Origin: Pelomyxa schiedti
Lineage: Eukaryota > Protista > Evosea
Reading direction: 5' to 3'
Assembly (NCBI GenBank): GCA_020536535.1
Contig: JAHLWZ010000022.1
Span: 62,001-126,000 of the forward strand
Length of the DNA: 64,000 nucleotides
The notes beneath the pieces were generated by a model. The model had not been told where the DNA came from. It did no database searches and was given only the letters and a program-made list of their open reading frames with translations. The position numbers and the translations under genes were made by a program. Shown here in pieces: positions 40,101 to 64,000 of this stretch. Position 1 is the first letter of the stretch; each line of letters begins with the position of its first letter.

Positions 40101-40806
40101 AGGGTTGGAAGAGACAGAAAGTGGTGGAGGGGCTTGGAATAATTCTTTCTTCACGTTCTCCAACACGTTGACAGCTGTTTTTTTTGGCATCTTCACGGAC
40201 TGTATCAGCCTTTCAACATTAAAAGGAAGGAGGTCTTCCAAGTCCTGGAATCCTGCGTTGACCAGCGCAGGAGGGAAATCTTTCAACTTAGAATAAGGGG
40301 TACCCCCTGGGTCACTTATTGGCACTGCTCGCCTTTGCAATTTGAGTGTCCACCCAAGTTTGCAGCCTGAGTCCTGGAAAATTGCCGGAGGAGCCTCCCT
40401 CAACCCAGCCAATGTGCACGGCTTGTCACACATCCTCAATGCTTTGCACACAGACTCTTCAGCATCACACAATCCAATATCTTTTGCAAGTGAGAAACAC
40501 GAAAAAAGAGGGGGAGAGGAAAAAAAAGGCAACATTCTTTCAAATGACCAAAAACATCACAAAATACAAGACTCGTCTATAGGCGCACAGGAAAGCACAA
40601 CCTTTCAACTTGAGGTGAAGATCGGTGACAGACAAGGCCTGACGCACCGACAAGTAGAGCGACGCGTCAACGTCGTCCTTGTTCTCGTCCAGCTGCCGCA
40701 GGAACTCAGTAGGTGGTGTTCCGTCCATATCGAAATTAAGGGCATCGAGCGCACTCACGTCAATCCCCGCGCCGACCAGTGTCTCCCTGACGCTGTGCCC
40801 TGACAT
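34180..40806 (-). CDS. Giant (over 2100 aa) GBP/VLIG/RHD3-type GTPase with N-terminal SAM/HhH-like helical domains, Cys/His-rich repeat region and C-terminal vWA
   Basis: G1 MGKQSTGKS, G2 RCT, G3 DFEG, G4-like RD. Repeated C..C...C.L...H.G.H.C units. vWA: VVFCLDRSSSM...VVSDG...ISIG. One 121-bp intron (40481-40601), a 5.8-kb exon and a short intron near 34.6 kb. Confidence 0.85.
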
Positions 40807-41407
40807 GTTTTCTTTTGTTTTTAACCGGTTTATCTTGTTCTTTAACCCAAAAAACCACGACAACTTAGTTTAAACCAACTTTTTCTGGTTGGAAGACCGC
40901 AATTGCCGATGCACCAAAAGAGACCATTTTCGAACAACCAATAGCCAAGTTACTACTGAAGGAATCTCCAAGTGACACCTGTGTTCCAGACCAGTGAGGT
41001 AATTTCCCTACATTTTGTTTCTGTGTCAATTCCCTTGAGACCCCAACGCCTTTGGTTCCGTTCTATTGATAATCTCTGCACCACGCTCCTTCTAACTTCT
41101 CTTCTTTCCCTGTGTGGGGAATAGTGACTATGTTTTACTTTGTAATTACTTTTGGTGCGTGATGGCCACCGTTTACAGGCACCAAAAGGAGACGGGAGAT
41201 AAAATGTGAAGGAAGCGGAAGGGTAGAGGGCTTGAAGACTTGGGAGTAGGTGGTGTTGCTAGCGAAAAAAGGAGTGTTCCACCAACAAAGCCTGTTTTTT
41301 ACAGCAGTAGTTGAATGGCTGAAAGTTCACCTGATTTTTGTTGGTTAAAGTGATTGCGTTCAGTGAAATGGACCTTTGTTTGCCCTAGACTACTCCCTTG
41401 TCCATCG

Positions 41408-42087
41408 CTAGTCAGTTGATACAGTGCGGAGTGAGAGACATGTGGCGAGTACTAAGGGGACCCATATCGTTCAAAGGGGTACAATCAACACACCAATCCA
41501 TCCACACGGTAGGCAAATTTGAGCTGGGAATGCTTTTCACCTGTCTCAAAAGTCACTAAGTTACAAGGCAACAACAGTACGCTACATTAATCCCAGCAGG
41601 GGAAAACAGTTCATAAGACTGAACGTTGGGGCTCTTGTTGCAAGAGATTGCGTAGAAAGGGATTCCGCCCTGTTCACCATAGCTGAAGTCGATAGTTAGG
41701 CCCCAAACAGTCAAAAGCACCCCTTTTAGTGGAAACAACATACAGTAGTTTAGTCGGAGTGATCATGTATTTCGGAATATCGCAGTAAGAACGTAAAACG
41801 TGCTTCGCCTGCTTTCGCCAATTGTATGCGGCCTCCAGAACACAAGACCCCTCGGCGGATATTTTTGTGTAGGGACAGTACGCCACGAACGAGTTGGGGT
41901 TGCTGGCGCAGTCCTTGGGAATGAAAAACACCTGCCAGTACCGCGCGTTGCACGACGTAGCTGCCGACGCAGATGCAGACGTCGATGCAGATGCAGATGC
42001 CGCGGCGGCAGTTGTGGTAGATGTTACGGCGGCCGTGACGTGGTTCATTTCGACAATTGGTTGTGGTGAGACTTCGGCGGTTGCCAT
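41408..42087 (-). CDS. Hypothetical protein, possible Tubby-C/LURP-one/scramblase-like fold
   Basis: Spliced beta-rich body ending in a hydrophobic helix (NDMGPLVLATCLSLR); Ala/Ser/Thr-rich N-terminus. Confidence 0.4.
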
Positions 42088-42322
42088 TGTTGTTTTGTAT
42101 GTATTGTGTTGGGTAGGCGTTTGTTGTCGTTGTTACGGAGCTGTTTGTTACGCTGGTTTGTTTACAAAAAATGCTCGCTGCAGTGCTCTTATGGTTGTTG
42201 CTTGTCCAGTAGGTGATTTATTTTTCTTTGATAATTCATATTTTTTCTTGTGTCTCGGGTTTTTCTTTTCTTTGTTTTGCAAGTCGGAATAAGAAAGGGG
42301 AATGAAAGCTAAAAATGGAGCC

Positions 42323-45300
42323 TCAGTGGTTCTCTCGTAGCGGGAAGAGCTCGCGTGTGAGGACGCCCTCTTCTCTCTTTTTGTCCAACCAGTGTCCGCA
42401 CGGGAATTTCACTGCGGGCTTATCTCCAACTGTGATTGTGATGCTGTCCAGGAACCAGCCTGGTCCAGGACCCTGTGTGATTGGTGGGATTAGTGCGGTT
42501 TAGTTTGCGTGAGTGTTGCGGAATGAATTTAGAGCTTAGAGCTGAGGATAAATGGAGATTTACGCACAGTGTTGTCGTGCCACACGCGCAGTTTAGAGAG
42601 TGCACCAATGTCCGGGAGCTCCAAGGTGAAGTTGTCTGTGTGCCCCTTCTCGAACAAGTTACCTTTCCCTACAAGAGGGCAAACACCGCTGCTCATCTCT
42701 GGGGGAGTTCCAAAAAGCTCAATGAATACGTTTGCGTCGGTACCGGCATGGGAGAGCTTTCCGGTAACCACTGAAACCTAAAGAAATTTCAATCACGTTG
42801 TGGGGATAAAATCTATTGTGGAGGATACCTGATAGTTAAGATAGGGCAGACTGGGTACCCCGTCTTCAGTTGAAGCCATTATTTGCCGATCAATCTGCTT
42901 ATCTCCTCCATGTTTATCAAACCACTTGCCACAGATAAAGAAGCATTTTTCAAGTGCATTGCCTTCCTCTTTCTCCTTTGTGACGATAACTTTGTCCAGG
43001 AACCAGGCTATGAAAGGGTCACTTAAAAATTACAAGTGAATTCTCCTACCAGAGTTAAATCCGTGGCCGTTGTGACCTATCCTCATATACAACAGTGGGC
43101 CCAAGTCATAGCACTCAAAAACGAAGACATCCTTGCTCCCTCTTTCAAACGATTTGCGTTTTGCAGGGAGCACATATTTACTGGAGTCTCCTAATTTGCC
43201 AAAAAGATGGATGTATACATCGGCATCCGTGCCTGCTCCGCGACAGTTTCCGGTTTGAACTTCGATCACATAACGCAGCTGTGGTGGAAAATAAGTTGAA
43301 TGTTACTGTTTTTGGAAAACATACCATCTCAGCACCGGCAGGAGTGGAAGTGCTTAACTCCCTCTCGATCCTGTGATCTCCTTCATGAACGGAGAACCAC
43401 TGATTGCAGTTGAAGGTAGTAACTACAGACTCTTCTCCTTCTTCTGAAACCATTACTTTCTCCAAAAACCAAGCAGCACCAAATCCGGCATTGTCGTGGC
43501 CAATAGTTACTCTGTTGATCACACCAAGGTCAACACATTCCACACTAAATTTGTCAGTCTTGCCACGCTCGAAACAACTACTCTTCCCCTCCAGCCATCT
43601 TCGTGAAGAGGAGCCGCCAGTGCCATGTAGCATAGCGTAAACATGGGCATCAGTTCCAGCACCACGACACTTTCCAGTTACGACTGTAATTATGTAATGC
43701 TTCATTGGAGCACAGGGTACACCGTCTTCGTTTCTTGCTGGCAACTCTCGGACAATTTGCTTATCATCTTCATCATCTGCAAGCCATCTGCCACACAGGA
43801 AGTACCACTCTTTTCCGCCTTTCAGCATTTCAGATACAATGACTTTGTCCAAGAACCAGCCGGCATTCAACCCGCTGTTATCGTGACCAATAATAACTTT
43901 ATGCAATTCACCCAGGTCTTGGCTTTCCACCTCAAATTTGTTGGTGGAGTTCCTATCAAATCCAGATCTTCCCTCCAATATCTTCTTGCCAGTTGTAGCT
44001 TTTCCTCCCTCTCCCACTATTTCAATAAACACTTTAGCATCAGTTCCACCACCTCTTCTATCTCCAGTGACAACTGTAACTTGGTATTGTTTGAGAGGCT
44101 TGGTTGGATTAACGTCAGACATGCTAGCAGGTAGCTCTCTCTCAGTGAAGTGATCTTCCTCGTCACGGGCAAACCACCTGCCACAGGGGAAGTGCCAAAT
44201 TTTCCCCGAGTCTTGCTCTCGAATAACAACCTTAAAATGTGTAAGCAAGAAAGATTGTTTAAAGGGATAGGATACTTTTTCCAAGTACCAGGCAGCATTT
44301 ACACCACTGTTATCGTGTCCAATTATGATTTTCTGTAGTTCACCCAAGTCAACACACTCAAATTGAAAGCTGTCCATGTGATTCCTCTCAAAAAGATTGC
44401 CCTTGCCCTCAAGTTTCCTCTTCTCTGAGGTTCCTTTTTCACCAAATATTTCCAAAAATACGTTGGCATCTGTTCCAGCACCCCTAATGTTGCCAGTATG
44501 CACATTTATGATGTAAATTCTTAACGGAGAACATGATTCTCCATCTTGAGCAAGTGCTTGAAGTTCTCTAGAAATTTCGTGATCTCCTTTACTCTTATCC
44601 AGCCATTGACCACACAGGAACCACCACTTCTTACCATGCGCTATTTCTTCTTCCACAATAACCTACAAAATTAAAATGTGAGGTACATAGTATAATTTCA
44701 AAGTCTAACCTTATCCAAAAACCACCCTGCGTTTATTCCAAAATTGTCGTGCCATATTTTCAGTGACTTCAGTTCACCCAAGTAGTCGCACTCAATCCCG
44801 AATGTGTCCGATTTCCCTCGTTCAAAGAGATTACCTGCGGCATCTAGTCTCTTTTCTCCACTTGTGCTCTTGTACCCAGTGATATCGACATAGACCCGGG
44901 CGTCGGTACCAGCCCCTCGGCGGTTACCAGTAATTGTAGTTATACGATATCGGTGAAAGGGTAGCGATGTAATGGCGTCGTTGGCAGAAGCAGGAAGTAC
45001 TCTTTCGATTAGCTTATCTTCTTTGCTCTTCGACAACCATTTCCCACAGAGGAAGTAGTAGGTTAAATGGGTTTCCTCCTCATGTATAATGACCTTGTCC
45101 AAGAACCAATCAGCTCCAACTCCTTTATTGTCATGTCCAATTGTAACTTGAACAAGCTTGCCTAAGTCGACACATTCAACCCCAAAATCATCAGATTTGT
45201 TTCTCTCAAAAGTGTTTCCAGGGGCATCCAAGCTGCGCACACCACTGTCACCATTCTCACCATGAATGTTTATGTAGACATTTGCATCTGTGCCAGCACC

Positions 45301-47169
45301 ACGTTTATCTCCAGTTACTGTTGTAATCCTGTAATGTCGTAGAGCTGCACAACTCCACTTTGAACCATCAGAAGCTGCAAGTAATTGTCTCTCAGTCAAG
45401 CCATCTTCCATGTTCTTTGACAGCCATCTTCCACAAGGGAAAGTCCAGGACTTTACACTATCTTCTTCTTTCACGACAATATGGTCCAAGAACCAGGAAC
45501 TACTCAATCCCTTGCCATCGTGGCCAACCACACAGCGTTGAAGATGTCCTAAATCTTGGCATTCAAACCCAAATTCGTCTGTTTTGTTCCTCTCGAAGCA
45601 ATTTCCAGGTTTATCCAGTTTTTTGTTTCCACTTTCACCCTTCTCGCCAAAAACATTTATGTATACATTTGCATCCGTTCCTAGTAGAGTTACATGAGTT
45701 CTCAAAAGTATTATTCAAGTGAAAGCAACCTGCACCACGTCTGTCCCCAGTCTTCACCGTAACGCGGTAACGTTTTGAGGTGGCCGCAGCACCATCAGTA
45801 GTGTCACGGTCGCTAGCAGTTAATTCTCTCTCCCATGGTGACGGATCTCCCAACCAGTCACCACATGCAAAGAACCGTTCACTGACTGCTGGTGTTTCCA
45901 CACAACGCACGGTAACTTTCTCCAAGAACCACGGTGAAGGTGGATCAGTTTGTGCAACAGCCACCTTAACTCCCTGAAGCTCTCCCACGTGTTTAGTTAT
46001 AACACGGAAAATGTCATCACGCCCACGGGAAAATACGCCTTCTGCTGCACTTTCCAAGGGGAGGGCAGGTGAAGTCAATTTGGAACCCACCAATACACAA
46101 GTAACGCGGGATGTTGTAGTGGCACCTTTGCGGTCTCCAGTTTTTGTCCGAATCATGTACGTGACGTCACCCTCCAACACGACCGCCTGGGCGGCAGCTG
46201 CTGAGGAATCAGTCCTGAAGTAATTAGTAAACAAAATAAGAAAGTGACACAGAATACACACCCAGCTTCAGCAACTCGTTGCTTATCATTTAATAATTTT
46301 CCTATAGGAAAGCTCATTTGAGCTCCAGGCTCACCAGAGAGGGTTATTACAGCTACAGTCACTCGATCAAGCTTCCACCCATCAGCCTTTCCTGACTCAG
46401 GTCCACGCTCAACCCTTACCCGTGTAACAGCTCCAGGGTCTCTGGTTCTTACCCTGAAAGTTTTTGAAGATCCACGTGGGAATCCATCCTTTGATTCCAC
46501 TTCCATTGGTGGTGGTGGCGCAACAGCACCAGACCCAATAAACTGTACTTTAACCTTCTGAGAGTTCATTCCAGCACCTTCCTCGTCTGCAGTAAGGAAA
46601 GTGACGTCGAATTGCATCATTGCACTTCCAGAAGCAGCAAATGCAGCAGCACTGGCAGGAGTGGAAGCCGAGCTTACAAAACATAGCCGGAGAGTGAGAG
46701 TGCCATGCTCAACATCAATAAGTTTGTGGGTGGATTCTACAGTGGCCCCTACAGCCAGAGCGGAAGTATCCAGTGGAAAACGGCCAAGTGAATCTATTCG
46801 TGTTGTAATGAGAAAAGAAGACAGGGGTGTTATTTACCGTCCCACACAAGGTCTTCATCGAAGACACGAAATTCCACACACGGTTGCTTCTTAGGAGCAG
46901 CGAGCTTCAACTCAAAGTCTTGGTTCCACGTTGGCTCGAGAGTGTTTTTGATAACCTTGGTCCGTATTTTTTGCGACTTGTTAGACGCATCCGTGTACCG
47001 TATTTCCACGTAAGGGTCAGAACCCCCACCGGCATCTATTGGAACAAAGCGTAAAGTTTTAGCACGCACACTACCCACTAACAACAAACAATAAAGCGTA
47101 GATCTCGACAGTACCTTTGGCCACCAAGTTTGATGCGGAGACCACAGTAACGTACAGTGTCCCGGCCAT
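42323..47169 (-). CDS. C2 domain + about 10 tandem PLAT/LH2 domains (LOXHD1-like)
   Basis: N-terminal MAGTLYVTVVSASNLVAK-DAGGGSDPYV..KIRTKVIKNTLEPTWNQ..VFDEDL (C2). Ten Y.I.V.TG..RGAGTDA.V...F-ER...D.F...DLG.L..I.IGHDN.G...WFL-KV units, the first two divergent. Confidence 0.9.
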
Positions 47170-47345
47170 CCCTTGGTTTTTTTTTTTGTTTTTGAACATT
47201 CCGCTAAGTTCACGTTCGAAAAACCCGTTGGCACTTTAAGGTGCCACTCTCGGTGATTTTTGATTTGATTGACATTGTAGCCTAATTGTATTAATAGCTC
47301 CTGTGGGCCTGTGTCTGGCACGTTTGGAAACATTTTGGGGTTTTT

Positions 47346-59858
<12,513 letters not shown>

Positions 59859-59976
59859 TCCGAGGTAAATTGTATGCACAACTTTCGAAGACGAGAGTGA
59901 CGGAGCTACGGGAAAAAAACTTTTGTTTTGGAAAAGGCAACGACAATCACAACACGAGATCGGGCAGGCAACCTAA

Positions 59977-61964
<1,988 letters not shown>

Positions 61965-62254
61965 ACTTTGCTTGTGGGAGTGCGCTGAAGAGACTGGACT
62001 TTACTAGTACAGTCTTTCTTTTTACTCTTCTCAGGTGAGCTTCTCAGGCATTCCCTCAGAGACCTGTCATCCTGGGAGAAGTGATCAGTTGGTTATTTCC
62101 CCTGTCTTGGTTCTGTGAGGTTTCTGTTTTGAGCCGGATGAACCAAGTTAGTCAGAAGGTACTTTTTTCGGCCGGTTGTTATTACCTGTTTGGTAACCCC
62201 TAACCCAAGTAACTTGTCACGATTTTTTACTCTTGTTACAAACAAAAGACCGCC

Positions 62255-64000
62255 ATGTCGGGGCACAGCGTCAGGGATATCCTGGTAGGCGCGGGGATCG
62301 ACGTAAGTGCGCTCGATGCCCTTAATTTCGATATGGACGAAACTCCAGTGGCAGCGTTCCTGCAACAGCTGGACGAGAACAAGGACTACGTTGACGCGTC
62401 GCTGTATTCCTCGGTGTGTTCCACCTTGTCGCGCTTCGCCGCTTCTGTCAACGATCTTCACCTCAAGTTGCAAGGTTGTTGGGTTTTCCTGGTACCTTGG
62501 ACTCACTTGCAAAAGAAATTGGATTGGGTGAAGCTGAAGAGTCTGTGTGCAAAGCCTTGAGGATGGGTGAAAAGCCGTGCACATTGGTTGGATTGAGGGA
62601 GGCTCCTTTGGCAATTTTCCAGGACTCAGGCTGTAAACTTGGGTGGAGTCTCAAATTGCAAAGGCGAGCAGTGCCAAGCAGTGACCCAGGGGGTACCCCT
62701 TGTTCTAAGTTGAAGGGTTTTCCCCCTGTGCTGTTCAAGGCGGGATTCCAGGACTTGGAAGACCTCCTTCCTTTTAATGCTGAAACCTTGATACAATCAG
62801 TGAAGATGCCAAAAAAAACAGCTGTGAATGTGTTAGAGAATGCAAAGAACATATTATTGCCATCCCCTGCATCATCAACCGCCTTTCCATGCATGTTGGA
62901 ACAAGTGAGCAATGAACCCCACCACCTGATGACACTGGTACAGTTGGAGGAGTCAGTGCACAAAGTTCAGCTTCTGGGACAAAATGTGCTCTCTCTTGCC
63001 AACAAAATTCTGGGAGAGCCTTGTACAGCAGATGGTGAGTTTATCGACTTCGACAAGCTGGATAGATCCAGGTGTATTATACTCGGATTCTTTGGGGATC
63101 TGCAAACTGTGACGCAGTTCTTGATGCGAACAGGTGCCTTTTCTCCTGTCACGGAACTCCCTGTCAAACAAACCGGGATTCACGCGTTTATCACTCGTTT
63201 TGCACCAAACTCCCGTATGCAGGGCATAGGGGTGATGATCCTCGTTTTTATTCCAGCAGCAGAAAGCTTTTCCAATGTTCAAATTTCTGACCCTGCATGC
63301 TACTTCCTGCGATTTTATTACAGCCTGTGCGACAGGATTTTCTTTGTCTTGTCCGGGAGAATGATTGAAGAACTCCAACAGCAGAGCCCCATCTCCCAGG
63401 AATCAAGGCTAATACAATGTGAGATTCAAGAGAACAGTATCCAAGAGCGATGCGAGATACAGAAGGGTTTTACTTGCTCTCTCCCCCCTCCAAATAAAGC
63501 CCCCTGGATGATGTGCAAGGGCAGTCACACAGTGGGGTTTGTAAATTGGGAGGAAGTCTCCTCAAAAACAGAGTTTGTGCCTGCCACTGGCAACATTGAT
63601 CTTTCTTCCTTCAAACAGCAACTGTTGTCCATCCTTAATGGCCGTGATTTGTACACCGATAACCTCACTTTTGAGCAAAAGTTTCAGCTGCTTAATTTTT
63701 GTAACCACTTTGCCATGTGTGAGTTTGAAGGTTGGAAACAAAGACGACTTAATTGGATAATGGGGCAGGTGGAGATACGAATGAGGACGCACCTTGGCTC
63801 CTACTTGCCCAAGGAATGGTTGCAGCCGCCAATGTCCAAAAATGCTTTACCGCGAGAGATCAGTGAGGATATCGTACCCACCTGCTTGGATAAATACGCT
63901 CATGAGGTTGCAGCCCTATTGGAACAAAACTCTCTTGGGAAGTCAGTGTCGGCAACAAGTCGAGAATCGGGCTGGTTTCACCGTATAAGGAGTGTTTCAG
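62255..64000 (+). CDS. Second, inverted paralogue of the giant GTPase-vWA gene (5' part; runs off window)
   Basis: Starts MSGHSVRDILVGAGIDVSALDALNFDMD like copy 1. A 41-bp intron (62475-62515) lies at the homologous position. The frame is then open to the window end and aligns with the 40480-38950 region. Confidence 0.9.

Noticed and set aside
42323-46620. Regularly recurring similar sequences resembling a repeat array or CRISPR
   Set aside because: They are explained by tandem PLAT domains; there are no identical repeats with spacers.

Overview
Gene-dense eukaryotic (protist) genomic DNA with many short GT-AG introns, standard genetic code and very short intergenic spacers. The gene content and style suggest an amoebozoan, possibly an archamoeba such as Pelomyxa (inference only). 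About 20 protein-coding genes can be reconstructed by manual splicing. Housekeeping genes: YIF1, an AADAT/Aro8-type aminotransferase, CASP/COY1, a TLC-domain protein, SMG1 kinase and a MYST acetyltransferase. The best candidate for an undescribed system is the cluster at 27.1-40.8 kb. It contains two tandem coiled-coil paralogues ending in a GrpE/GIL1-IRKI/MIEAP-like beta domain, head-to-head (about 170 bp) with an HSPA12-type Hsp70 fused to a vWA domain. That gene converges on a giant, almost intron-free GBP/VLIG-type GTPase with Cys/His-rich repeats and a vWA domain. A diverged inverted second copy of the GTPase starts at 62.3 kb. The window also encodes a WASP-like Arp2/3 activator with an unusual architecture (LCCL, two C1-like fingers, coiled coil, C2, degenerate GBD, polyproline, WCA), an atypical Rho GTPase fused to PH-like domains, a C2 + 10xPLAT protein and a probable pseudo-ALG5. 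There is one 100-N assembly gap with duplicated flanks. No RNA genes, CRISPR arrays or transposases were recognised. All domain calls are by eye and need HMM or structure confirmation.
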